The notes below the pieces were generated by a model. That model did not search any database, was not told where the DNA came from, and saw nothing but the letters and a program-made list of their open reading frames with translations. A stretch of 64,000 bases of DNA from Carpediemonas membranifera BICM (lineage: Eukaryota > Protista > Fornicata): the NCBI GenBank assembly GCA_019828565.1, contig JAHDYR010000066.1, positions 248,001-312,000 on the forward strand. Reading direction: 5' to 3'. Below, piece after piece: positions 22,288-33,953 of the stretch (position 1 is the first letter of the stretch; the number at the start of each line of letters is the position of its first letter). A program made the position numbers and the translations under genes.

Positions 22288-24336
22288 TCGGGCTAGAATA
22301 ATCAGACTGACAGGCCTCTATGAAGCCTTTTGCAAGCAAGGTGTCAACGTGCTCCTTAACGATGGGGACCTTAGGAGGAGGCACGAAGTATGGACGGACG
22401 TTCACGACCTTGTTTCCCTTGATCACCAGGTCGTAGGGGTCTAGTAGGCTAGGCGCATCACGCTCTTTGAAGTTGGAGGCGTATCGTCGAAGTATAGACG
22501 ACTGTCGGTCGCGTGCCTCTTGGGACAGCTCGGACATGGCTTGTGCGATGTATTTCGTGGCCGGTGGGGTCTCTGGGGCGATTGGAATCGGCTTTCCGCG
22601 GAGACAGTAGCACCGAAAGCCCAAGGCAAACGCTGCTGACCAGTTTGCCACGGGAAATAGGCAGTACCCCGGGGCACTCAGCTCCAAGACAACGGGAAAC
22701 AAGCTCAGTCCGGGGTCAGAATCCAAGCACCATAAATTTCTTTCTTTCTTTCCTACGTGATAGACACTGCGTTCGACATCATCATCGGATTTCCTCAGAT
22801 GGTAAGTCTCGGACTCTTGCCAAGCGCCATTCCCAGCTCCTCCGACCCGACTGAGGACTCTAGTGAGACCCCTGCGGCCATCTCCGTGCAAATATGCTTT
22901 CCTGTCTCCCTGAAAGTCCGGCAACTATCCGGGGAGCCTGGGGGTCTGTCCTCGGGGCATTGACAGGCAGGATCGTCCTGCAGAACCTTGACTATGACAC
23001 TCCTTGCTTCCCTGCAGTCCTTGCAGAGCCGTTCAGCCACGGCACCCTCTCGTCTGTCCGGTTCCCCAATTCCATGCCCCCTCGACTCTGTTAAGAAGCC
23101 TACCCGAAGGCGGGGAAAGTGACTAAGTCCATGCTGTCTACCCCGGTTAGGTGGCGTGGGTCAGCGGCAGCCCCAGGCGCTAGGCCCGGTTGTCCCTGTT
23201 ACCCCTTACAACATTTCGCTTGCACTACATGTCCTTGGTTTCCCATGTCGTTAACAAGGGCGGCAGGGGCACCTGTGCCCCTCCGACCCCCGTGGCCAGT
23301 CCCTGCAGTTTCCTTGGGGTCCCAACGAGTGGTGCAACCATATGAATATGGATTTCCTTGACCTTATCCTTGCTCTGTCCTTGTCGCATGTCCTTTCTTT
23401 CTTATTTCTGGTCTGTCCTTCCTGTTATTTCCTTGCAGTCGTTCCTTCCCTTGCTTTGGTTCCTGGCTACCGGGATACGTGGGGCCTTTCCTCACTGATC
23501 CCAGGAGCTTAGCACCAGCGAGGGTGGTCCATGGCTGATTCCTTGTCCATCCCTTCCCGGTCCTGGAGTCAGGGGTTCATGACATGCTTCTATTCCACCT
23601 TGAAGCTGTTGTAAACCTTTGCCAGTTCCCGTAGTCCTGCCGTGAGGCCTTCCCAAATGTCCTCCGAGCCCCATATTATTAGTTGCTGTAATTCTAGGAT
23701 GGGTCTTTCCTGGTACCATTCGCCCTGGGGCCCTGCCTTACTTCCAAGTCCTTAGTTTGTGCTTCGCTGCTGTCCACAGCTTTGTCCAAGCTTCTCCTGT
23801 CTACTGCCGGGCATTCACAGATTATGTGCGCTGCCGATCCTAGCCTCGGCCTCTGCCCACTCTGATCATTTCCTGCTTCCTTGCTGGTCCTGGCTTTCCT
23901 AATGATCCTGTAGAACAGGCTCACCTCCGACTCCTCCGAGCATAGGGGCATAGTCTGCTAATTTCTCTCTTCAGGTCAGCGCCTTGGGCCAGCTCTGTGA
24001 TGGCTCTCATAGGTCCTGTTGCCTATTTCTGTCCATGGGGTTCGCTGGAGTTCGCTCCACACTCCGTTCCCGAACACTTTGTCCCTTGCCTTTGCTCCCC
24101 TGTTGTTCACTGGGTCGCCCATGCATGCTCTTATAGTCTCTTCCCATTGGTCCGAGCTCTTGATCCTGTTCAGCTTTGAGACTGTGACTGGCCCCTCCTT
24201 CTTTTCATGGGCCAGGTGTGCACCTCGGGTATGGCCAGAGCCACGTCTCGCTCACTTCTGCCATAGTACCGTTGTTCCTTCCATGCTAGTGTGATTCCAT
24301 TGTGTGCTGAGCCCCATACCCCGACCTTCTGAGACT

Positions 24337-25068
24337 CTACCACCTCAATCTCCGCCCCTGGATTCCTGGTGTTGTCACTGCAAAGTCCGGGGTTGATGTT
24401 CCTGATGTGAGCGTCCCAGACTTGGGTATGATGGCTTTGAGCCTGTGCTTCTCCATCATATCCTTCCACCGGGTGGATCTTTCCATCTGGCCTGGGTCGA
24501 TGTTCCAGTCTCCCATAATTATGGCCTCCATGCTCCCTTTCATGTCCATGATCTTCTGTATAGTGTCCCTGAATCCATCCTTCTCCTGCTTGCTGTGGCC
24601 GGATGGAGGGCCATACACGTTGATGACTAGTATGTCCCTGCCGGTTCTCATTATGCTGGCTTGCACTCTTCCCGATAGGCTGTCCGTTATGCCGATGTCC
24701 CACTTTGCAGTTGCGTGTGGGCTCACTATCGTGCCGATGCCTTCCCTTGTTCCCTTCCATCTTGGCGCAGGTTCGTCATTGCCTGCTATGCCTAGTTGTC
24801 GGTTGATGCGGTGCTGACTTTTGACATCCGCCTTTCGTTTTTCGTTGGCTAAGACCAGGTCCTCTTCCGTCTCCCTCCCTGCTAGTGCGTAGTCAAGGTC
24901 CATGAAGCAATGAACCCTCGTATTCGCCGTTCTCCATGTCTCTTGTATGAGTACTGCCTCTATGTCCTTCAACCTTAGCTGAATCGCCGTTGCCATAGAC
25001 GCCGTGAAGTCCTTTCCTCTTCCTATGTGTCCCTCTGTGTTCAGACTAAGTATCTTGTAGGTTACCAT
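24337..25068 (-). pseudogene. AP-endonuclease domain of LINE ORF2
   Basis: ILSLN, LIQETW, INVYGP, IMGDWN and PDF motifs; frameshifted afterwards. Confidence 0.88.
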
Positions 25069-25399
25069 TGCCTTTGTCCTGTTTCCTTATCCTGCGAATT
25101 CCCAGAATTTGGGAGCCCCAGCTTCCCGCTCCTCTCCTGCTATCCTTGTCCTGACAAGGGGCCTAGATGCCGGTCTCGGTGACCCTTGTCAGGCCAACCT
25201 TGTTACCACCTGGTGACCTTCCATTCTTCGGGCAGGGTACTTAGGAGGGGGACGATATGACGTGACCCCCCTTTGGCTGCCGCTACAGCCTACCGGCAGT
25301 GCATTTCAGCTAATGCCGGGCCCTGGGTGGGAGCCAGGGCTTGTGAATTATAAAGAAAATGTTGCTTGTTCCTTGAAAGAATACTGCTTTACCATGTCC

Positions 25400-28300
25400 T
25401 TACTCCTCCTCCGTGGACTCCCCACTGCCGCTGCAGCTGTCCTCGGCCTGACTCACTTGCTGTCCTTGTAGACTCTGCATTACCGTGATGAACTGGGTCA
25501 TCAGGTCCATGGGTGAGATCTGCTTGGCCTTCTTAGCCTTCTTGTGCTTGTGCCGGGGGATCGTGGGCTTCTCCTTGCTGGGCTTAGTCGCGACGCCGGA
25601 GAGCACCAACCTTCCGTGGCCTTGCTCTTGCATGAGTCGGGCAGCCTTGAGCGCTGAGATCTCTTGTTGCGCCTCTGCCAACTGCTTTCGGAGCCGCAGC
25701 TTCTCCGAGTCCATGCCGGTTGCCTGTCTGCTTCCAGACTCCCAGTCCATGTCCTCTTCGTGCCTGCTTCTCTTTCCGCTGTCCGAGTCCATGATCCTAC
25801 TCGTGCTGCCCTCCTTGCGCTTGAGCGTCGTGGAGGAAGAGTGATCCTTGCTGTTGTCCATGCCTCCCTCTGAGCCTCTACCGGCCCAGGTGTTCCCGCT
25901 GAACGAGCCTCTCATCTGCGTTCCCGTGTTGTCCTGTCTCTCCCTGTCGTCTCCTCCGTGGTTACGATCCGAGGTCCTGTTCATGTTACCAGCTCTGTCG
26001 CCGGTTCTGTCGTCAGCTCTGACACCAGCTCTACCGCCGGCTCCGTGTCCTACCCTTCTGTCCTCTTCCCTGTCTCCATGCTGGTCGTGATGTCCTTGAT
26101 CCGCGTCCTGGCCGAAGTGCCTGCCCACCATCCTGGTGCTAATCCGCCTCGCCTTTTCCTCCAGGCCGTTGTCGAAGAACCTACTTTGGTATGGCTGTTC
26201 GGACTTTCCGTCGATGGTGGGGACATACGTGATGCCTGGGACATTGACTGTGTTGGCTCTGGGCTCGTCCGGGATAGCTGCCGAGACTAGTCTGGCCCCT
26301 TCCTTGCGCATGCGGCTTAGGATGGTCCCAGCCTCGCTGACCCTGACCATGCCCCAGTCTCTCGGGATGAAGCTCGCCCCTAGGGTGATCCTACCCCTGT
26401 TCCTGGGGGCCTTGACGTTGACTATGACCTTCTCATAGTCCCTGAGGCTCTCTGCTAGGTCGTCGCAGCCCCAGACTCCTTGATGAGCCGTAGCCTCCTT
26501 CGAGGGCCACCACTCGTATAGCATGGCCATGGTTATGATGTCCTCCTCCCTTGCTGCCCCTAGGCCCTTCCTGACGCGTACCATGCGGAGCTGGTTAGCC
26601 GTGGCTCTTCCATGATGGTCCATAGCGGGCTTCTCTCCAGCACACCTTCGTTGTCCATGATTGTGAGGGGGGCCAGTAAGATGCCCTTCATGCCCAACAG
26701 AACCTCCCCGAACCCGAAGCCGATGCCGAAGCGGTGTCCGTTGTCCGGGACTACGAGGATCCTGTCGCCGACTTCCCTGCTGACGTCCCTTGCGTCCCCG
26801 ATCGGGTACGTGCCGAAGATCTCAAAGGTGTCCCTCCTTGTCGCGAATTCCGGGCCTCCCATGATATCCATGCCCGGCTCCGCCTTCCCGACTGCTTCCA
26901 TGGTCTTGTCGAGTGCCTTACCCATGTAGTGGTAGACGTCTGGGGTGCTCATCCTCTCCTTGCATAGGGCCCTGATCCTGGCTGTGAAGACTACTGTATC
27001 CGCCAACCCACAGTGGTAGCAACCCGCGGTGTGTCTGTGGTACGGACAGACTCCCTTGGGCTCGCTCCTGTTCTGCCATCCATTTGACCATGTTGTTACT
27101 GCTTCCAGGTAGTTGGCCTTGTCGAGGTTGTCCCTGAGGTTTTGGCCAGCCTCCTCCCTTGCCGTTGTTCTCCAGGATCTCTGGTAGCTTCTTCTCGTCC
27201 ACCAGCCTAGCTTGGAAGAATTCCCTGGTTCCTTGCTCCAGTCCATTTGTGGGGTTCGTGAGGAGGAAGCTTTCCATCTCCACCCCCTTTGCATACATGA
27301 TTATCTTCCAACCCTCCGACCTTTCGATCCTTGCCAGCTGAGCCGCCAGGCGGTTGGCCCAGTCCCTGAAAGTATGTATGTGCTTCTCATACTCGATCGG
27401 CGGCCGCCCCGTCCCGACCTCCACGAAGGTGGCCGGCGGCAGCCCCGTCACTGCCCATGCCGTGTACCTCGCTTGGTCCATGCTTGCTGCCGGTATGTCC
27501 TGGTAATACAGGCCATGCCCGTGTCCAAGAATGTCCCCAGTGCTGAGGTCAAGAGTACGATCCCGCCCTCAACCGGGATGGCAGGGATCCCTGCCTTCTT
27601 GACGCCAGGGTCTGCGCACTCGAAGTCGATGGCTCCGATCACCAGTCGTTTCTCCTTGTCCTTTCTAGGCATCCTCGGCGGCTGGCTGCTGACCTTGTTT
27701 GAGTCGACCTCCTCGTCCTGGTCGATCTTGCCTTGGTTGGCCCCGACCATGTCCTTGTTCACTTCCAGGAGGCTGTCGTCGAGGCTTCTTCTGCCGGGCA
27801 TGGTGGCCTGCTGGCGTCGTTCCTCCTTGTCCTTGACATGTTGCTCCTCGTCTCCGTCGATGACCGTGCTAGCGGACGACCTGTCCAGATCGGCATGTTC
27901 GTCCCTATTGCTGCGGACCGAGGTGGCCTTGAGCACTTCCAGCCTCACCTTCCGGAACGGCGGCTCGTTGCTAAGGGGGGTCTCCTCCCCTTCGCCCAGG
28001 ATATTGGTTCTGCCCTTCAGGTAGATCCCTGACTTGTTCCATGCTGCCTGCCATATGGCCGGGGCCTCCGGTGCCTGAAGCCTGAGGATGTCCCTAGCCT
28101 CCTCCATGAAGCGGCTGATGGACCATGCTGACGTGTCGCTTAGCTCTAGGATGACCCTGTACTTGCCGTCCTCTTGCTCGTAGGCCACTCTGGTGACCGG
28201 GCCTTGGTTTGCCGGATCCCATACCTTGTCGTAAGGCACGCCTTCTACGGCCTCGTCTCCATGAGCCCCTGATACCAGTATGAACGACCCTTCGGCCTTC

Positions 28301-28902
28301 TTGACGCTGTCCCTGTCTACATCCCATTCGATGGGCCCATCTTCCTTCGGCTTGAGGATCGCCGTCTCGATGTCCTTCTCAGATGGCCATCTTGCCATGC
28401 CAGTGAAGCCCGCTTTCAGCGTCTTGGGCTCCAGTGCCTGTGCCATGTCCTTTGCTTCCTCGTCTCTGGGGTTGAGCGCCTCTGTGAGCATGTAGAAAAG
28501 GTCGCGGAGGCCGTGGATGCCGCATGGGTTCCTGAGGATGATGTCCTTGTTGTCAGTGACGCCGGTTGCGAAGAGGATGCGTCTGGCGTTCATGATTACT
28601 TCCTTGCGTCCTTTGGAGTTCGCATTGAGCGACTTTCCTGTAAACTTGCCTGTTCTACGAAGAAGTAGAGTCCTTGAATCGTTCCTTTCAGCGAGGAAGC
28701 TGTCCAGTAGTTCCCTGATGTCCTCCCACTGCTTCTGCGTGGAATCCCTGATCCTTGTCGGTATTTCTACCTGCATTGTTGAGTGCAAAATTTCTCCCCT
28801 TTTCCTAGTCCATAAACTGGGTCGGAATTTTTGGGTCCGAAAGTCGGGCCACATGTACATATCCGGGTGAGGTCTCCGTCCAGGCCTTCCAGTTTCTCCC
28901 AT
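25400..28902 (-). pseudogene. Large frameshifted ORF1 region of the LINE
   Basis: Chain of overlapping same-strand ORFs (27448-28902, 26918-27481, 26560-27294, 25400-26623) upstream of the APE ORF. Confidence 0.6.
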
Positions 28903-29631
28903 TGTCCATGCTCCGAACTATATAGGCCATTCTTTCAAAAAGGCGCGGTCCTAAAAATGCGTCGCCCTTTTCTGAGTAGCGGGGCCTTTCTGTGTAGTTG
29001 TTGTTGCTTTGTTCGTAGTCTCCTTTTAGCCTCTATCGACGGCCCCTGTTTCCCTTTTGTGCTGCCCTTCCTTCCTTGTGGTCTTGACAAAACCATGTAG
29101 CCGCCGGTGCTAGCACTGGCCCTCGACGGTTGTTTTCCTTTTCCTTGTAAACATACGTTCCATGAAGACACTTTGATTCCTTGGTATGGGCGTGGAGCTC
29201 CCACTCGCGCCCAGCGGTATGCCCTGATAGCAACCCTTGAATGTTCAGACAGGAGGCCAAGGCCGCTCCTTCTGAGCTCCATGGGGCACTGCCCTATCCA
29301 TATAGGCCAGGCCTGTTGGTCCTTGTCCATCCATGATCGAAGTGTTTCCACTTTGCTGAAATCATTGGTGAACTGATCTATCACGTAGGCGCGGAGAGTG
29401 AGTGTACAACCATGAGGAGTGAACGGAGATGGATCCAGCTTGAGGGTTACTTCTACCTCGCCTTCTGCTTGACGGGTATCTCCGACGGTGTGGATTTGCG
29501 TGGGTTCTCTCGAGATCCATTTGCAGCGTTTCTCGTCGACTAGTCTGGGGCTTATGGTGGAACAGTTGGCACCAGAGTCGAGTAAAGAATTGGCTTTGCG
29601 CTTGCCGAGACGAGCGTTCACTACAGGGAGG

Positions 29632-30579
29632 TCACCCGGGGAAATCTCCTTCGGGGCATTCAGGGCCGCGACGAATTTTGAATCCGAAACAGAATGAACA
29701 CACCGACGCTGATTTACTCCCCTTCTTGGTAGGGCAGTAATCGGCCAGGTGTCCTGACTTGTGGCACTTAGGGCAGAATGCCTTCGGCTCAGCGCACTTG
29801 AAAGACGGATGCCCGGGCTTACCGCAGTTGTAGCACACGTACTGCTTCTTGGGCTTGTTCTGACGGTTGGGCTTCACTATGGGCTTCGAACCTTGGCGGT
29901 CGTGGCGCTCCGAGGGATCTTGGTGGTCACTGCGTGGCTCGCGCTCGTGAACATGTGGAGCTCTGGGACGGGCAGCAGCGGGGGAGAAGGAGTTCACCAT
30001 CTCTTGCGACTCCTGTAGGTCGCGTGACATTGCCATGACTTTCGGCATGATCGAGGGGATGTCGAGGCCTTCTGCGAGCTCCTTGACCTTGTACATGATC
30101 GTGTTGGATCCTTGCACGCGGAAGCATCTGCAGTACGTCTCTTTGAGCACATCCTCAGGTACATCTGGATTGACTAACAGCTGGAGCGCCTTGAACTTCC
30201 GATTGACGTTATTGACCTCGACGGGGTCGAAGGTCTTGGCGCGTAGACGGAAAAGATCGAGCTGAGCGGTGGATCTGCTGGGACGCAGTACGCTGCCTAG
30301 GCGCTTGAGGATTCGTAGATCGCTGAAGTTGCGCTTTTGACGGCGGCGCTCGGTAGTTGCCATCAGTAACGGTACGTAATCATCGTCTTCGGAGTTACCG
30401 GCCTCGTCGATGCATTGCGAGACATAGTCAGCGATAGATGGATCGACGAGTTCGGAGATATCGGCCTTACCGCCGAGGGAACGGTACGTTTGGAGGTGAA
30501 GGTAAAAATCAAGCAACGCCTTCATTGAAGGGTCGCGGAATAGCGGGGGAACCGCTTTTTCTTTGTTCTTAAATGTCAT
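29632..30579 (-). CDS. Gag of element C
   Basis: CYNCGKPGHPSFKC and CPKCHKSGHLADYC knuckles; resembles the gag of element A. Confidence 0.9.
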   Translation of the reverse strand: MTFKNKEKAVPPLFRDPSMKALLDFYLHLQTYRSLGGKADISELVDPSIADYVSQCIDEAGNSEDDDYVPLLMATTERRRQKRNFSDLRILKRLGSVLRPSRSTAQLDLFRLRAKTFDPVEVNNVNRKFKALQLLVNPDVPEDVLKETYCRCFRVQGSNTIMYKVKELAEGLDIPSIMPKVMAMSRDLQESQEMVNSFSPAAARPRAPHVHEREPRSDHQDPSERHDRQGSKPIVKPNRQNKPKKQYVCYNCGKPGHPSFKCAEPKAFCPKCHKSGHLADYCPTKKGSKSASVCSFCFGFKIRRGPECPEGDFPG

Positions 30580-31064
30580 GATGAAAGGGGAATACTAGTA
30601 TTGTGGTCTGTCAAGACTTAGAAGAACTTTTAGTAAAAGCAAAGAAGAGAGGGTTTGACCCTGCTGTGGTAAATATGGCAATAATAAATATATCAACTAT
30701 GTAAACAATGGGTAGGACCCTGACAACGATTGGGCCTTTCTCGCGCCGAAAGACTACCTGACAAGCTGCATGCCGCAGATTGTGCGCTTTCTGCAAAATT
30801 TGGGCCTTATCCTGAACATCAAGAAATCCCAGCTGGACCCCGCCACTGTCACCGTCTTCCTAGGGATGCTGATCGACTCCGCGCGCAGAACGATACGTGT
30901 AGAGAGCAACAAGGCGCACAAGTACTCTTCGCGAATTACCGACGCCCTAGCCCGCGGCTCCTCAGCGGCCGAGTGGAAGAGACTGACAGGCAACCTGTCC
31001 TTCGCGTCATCAGCAGTCCCGGAAGGCCGCCTTTGGCTCAGGCATCTCCAGTCCTGGGGAGCCC

Positions 31065-32111
31065 GTGGAGTCGCATCGAGTCAAGATCCCCGAGGAGCAG
31101 CGAAATGCGCTCGTCCATTGGCAGAAGCTTCTCAACAACCATACTCCACGTCCCCTGAAAGAGCTACTTTCCCTTTGGGGCACTTCCAGCAACCTAGACG
31201 TTACGATAGCCTCAGATGCTTCGAAATTCGCGGCAGGAGCCGTCATCAGCATCGATGGAGCGAAGAAGACGATCTCTGTACCAACAAGCACCAACAAGGA
31301 CCGTCATATAACGGAGCTGGAGTTCTTCGCTGCAATGGAGGCCATCAACTTCGTGCTGCAGGAGACAGCGGTCTCGGACCGGGAGATCCGCGTATTCTCG
31401 GACTCTACGGCGGCTGTGGCGTGGCTCAACAAGCAGGGCTCGTCCCGATGCCCTCAAGCAGTCATTGCAGAGCTCCATCGCATCCTCCCGCGCCTGAGAG
31501 CCAGAGGACTGCTACTCAGGGCGGTGCACGTGAGCGGGCACCTGAATGTACGCCCGGATCGGCTGTCACGGCTCAGCAAGGTCGATTGGGGCACGCCACA
31601 GGTGGTCCTCGACCATATCATCGACTCTTGGGGGCCTCTACAGGTGGACGTCACAGCACAGGAAGGCAAGACGCTGCAGATCGGGGCAAACCCGCTCATG
31701 CCCCTTACTCGCGCGCAGGATGGTCTCTCATCCCGGTGGGAGGGCCTCAGAGTCTACGCAGCACCCCCGTGGGCCCTCATCCCGGCCACTCTATCGAAGC
31801 TGGCCTCCATCACCACCCCCTCACAGGACGGGGATCCCTCCAGCTGGTCATCAATGGCAGTAGTGCTCGTGCCGGACATAGTTTCGGCCGCGACCCTCGC
31901 CCTCAAGCGCTTAACGCCACACAGGCGGTACTTCCGCCTCCCTCCGGGCTCATTCGATGGGACAGAGCTACAGAGGACGGCACGGGCCGATGGCACGGTC
32001 AGACTGATGGCTCTCGCGTTCCGGCTGAAGCCTTCAACACCCTCGTTGGACACCCCAGGCTCGGAGGCCTCTCAGACTCCTACAAACGCCACATCGCGGG
32101 TACTCTGGTGA
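31065..32111 (+). CDS. DIRS RNase H plus Dam-methylase-like domain (frameshifted from the RT)
   Basis: ASDAS, HITELE, FSDST, HVSGHLNVRPDRLSR, then WGPLQVD..W..YAAPPWALI. Confidence 0.88.
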   Translation: MESHRVKIPEEQRNALVHWQKLLNNHTPRPLKELLSLWGTSSNLDVTIASDASKFAAGAVISIDGAKKTISVPTSTNKDRHITELEFFAAMEAINFVLQETAVSDREIRVFSDSTAAVAWLNKQGSSRCPQAVIAELHRILPRLRARGLLLRAVHVSGHLNVRPDRLSRLSKVDWGTPQVVLDHIIDSWGPLQVDVTAQEGKTLQIGANPLMPLTRAQDGLSSRWEGLRVYAAPPWALIPATLSKLASITTPSQDGDPSSWSSMAVVLVPDIVSAATLALKRLTPHRRYFRLPPGSFDGTELQRTARADGTVRLMALAFRLKPSTPSLDTPGSEASQTPTNATSRVLW

Positions 32112-32965
32112 CATTCGTCGACTTAGCCTCAACAACACCCACGGTAGAGCAGGTAGCTACCTGGGTGCGGCAGCAGAGAGCCTCCTGCAGCGAGACCACG
32201 ATCATGCGGAAGGCCCAGCTCATCATCACTCATGGGCCAGACATCTTGGGCATCCAGCTCCCTGAACACTTCCGTCCGGCCATTAAGGAGGCCGCAAAGG
32301 GCGCAGCCGGCAAGCCGATCGGTCAGGCCCCACCCATAAGACTGCCACTCTTCCACAAAGCACTGTCAGAGGCAGCCGCCTCCGGGCCCCTTCCGAAGAC
32401 GTGGGTGCAAGCCTTCGCCTTCTCACTAGTGGCCTACTCGACGACCTCAAGACCAGGCGAGATCTTCGGATTGACAGGAGGAGACGTGAAACCCGCGGGC
32501 GCGCGCGGTATAACGATCCGTATTCAGGCGACTAAGACCGGGAGGTCTAACGTGCTCAAGCTCGTACCGGACGTGCGGGGACATCCGCTTTCCCCTGCGC
32601 GGTGGCTGGCCCGTCACATTCAGAACCTCCCTCAATCTGATCTGAACGAATCTATCTGGCGTGCGCCGCGTGTCGATGGCTCGCTCTCATCCACGCCCAT
32701 CTCCTTCGACCTACTTGGAGACTACATGGCTGGCGTCTTCCACAGAGTCAGCATCCGGGCTCACGGGCTTAGGCGCGGCTCAGCCGCCGACCTAGTCCTG
32801 GCTGGCGTTTCCCCTTACGTAGTCGCAGCCAAGGGTACATGGGCCGATATCAATTCGATGCTCCGCTATATCGACGACACGATGAGACTTGACCGCGCAA
32901 CGTCGGCAAAGTGTTTCACGCCCCACATGGCACAGGGGCTGCCGGACAAGATTGAGTTCGAGTGA
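31960..32965 (+). CDS. Tyrosine recombinase of the DIRS-like element (start uncertain)
   Basis: Catalytic set R (SRPGE), K (TKTG), HxxR (HGLRR), W (GTW) and Y (LRYI) in the C-terminal part of ORF 30770-32965. Confidence 0.9.
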
Positions 32966-33250
32966 AAGAGAGACTGCAAGAGAGCAGCAAGGGGCCCATC
33001 TGCCGGGGCGGGTGGTCTGGGGAGGCTACCTCGCCCTCGGCCGGGCCCTATCGCGTGGACCAAGTGTGGTCGCGATCAATTTTGAGAGAGTTATGTTGTT
33101 GGCGACCGGGATTCCCCATGGGTTCACATTCGACATACCCAATGTCTGCTTGTCAGACTTACTTGGGGGCGTCGGTGTGAGCTGGCGGCGCCAGCGAGGC
33201 TCCTTCAGGCGAGGTGGCACTTCGATCAAAGATGGGTCATTCGTGGCGAA

Positions 33251-33645
33251 TTACATTCGGGAGAAGGGGATTGAGGCCCAGACTGCAACGTTGCCGTTCC
33301 AGTGGGCGAGGGCGACATCGCGGCGGAGGGTGGCGGTCGCGCCTTCGGACAGGCCGCAGATGCCGGCGAGCGATGCGATCCAGCAGGGGCGCTCCTTCTT
33401 CGCGCCGCTGGTCTTCGTAACGGCCGTCTCGCCGTAGATTGACGAGATGGCTGGGAGGACCGTCACGCGGTAGTCACGGTAATGGCGTGTCTTGTCCGAG
33501 TACGCACTCGACCGGTAGTTGGTGACGCGCAGGTCGACGACGGTGGGCATGGCGTTTGGCGGGGTGATGAGCAGGTCGGCAGGGATATCGGCGTTCGGGT
33601 TGATGGGTGCGTCGACAAGCTCGACAGCCGGGAAGAGGCGATACT
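33251..33645 (-). pseudogene. C-terminal restriction-like endonuclease remnant of an RLE (CRE-like) non-LTR retrotransposon
   Basis: PADLLI..VVDLRVT..DKTRHY..LPAISSIYG..RRDVALAHWNGN matches the PD-(D/E)xK RLE tail pattern. Confidence 0.6.
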
Positions 33646-33953
33646 ATGATCGATTTTACTGTCGAGGGTGGCGAGGAGAGGGCGTGGGGGACCGAGCGCA
33701 AGAGCGCGAGGGTCCCAGCCAGAAACATGGAACTCGAGCTGGCGGAGCCAGCGAGGCAGCCACAGGCTGCTTGTGGATGGTGGGCGGGGGTAAAGTCAAT
33801 CACGGGGATTACGGTCGCCGGGAAGTCTCTGTAGTGTCTTGCTTTGTCAGAGTAAGCCGAAGAACGGTGGTTGGTGATCTTGAAGTCTACTACTGTGGGC
33901 TGGCTGCCGGGCTTTATTAATCTATTGACATGACTATTTACCTACAAACCAGC

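Larger units (their letters stand above)
22605..29376 (-). mobile_element. APE-type non-LTR retrotransposon, degenerate, RT apparently deleted, 3' end inverted
   Basis: 13-bp TSD CCTACGTGATAGA (29377-29389 minus; 22752-22764 plus after inversion), (TTTC)n tail at 22737-22751, APE ORF, C-terminal CPLC..HIICEC knuckle near 23810-23955. Confidence 0.85.
13903..30725 (-). mobile_element. Ty3/Gypsy chromovirus-like element C, interrupted by element B and a LINE
   Basis: Identical 124-bp LTRs at 13903-14026 and 30602-30725, 4-bp TSD ACGA, PPT GGAGGGGCAG. gag 29632-30579 with two CCHC, protease LLDSGA near 29580, RT-RH-IN-chromodomain 15069-17484. Confidence 0.95.
30726..33083 (+). mobile_element. 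DIRS-like tyrosine-recombinase retrotransposon, 3' portion (right end approximate)
   Basis: RT C-terminus (FLGMLID), then RNase H and methylase-like domains, then an overlapping YR ORF. Confidence 0.92.

Noticed and set aside
29632-29720. Programmed gag-pro frameshift in element C
   Set aside because: No clear slippery site, and the many other frameshifts in this region suggest decay or assembly indels.
30770-32965. 731-aa ORF as a genuine RT-recombinase fusion
   Set aside because: A frameshift near 31060 moves the RT into the overlapping YR frame. The middle part is low-complexity off-frame text, and the true RNase H is in ORF 31065.
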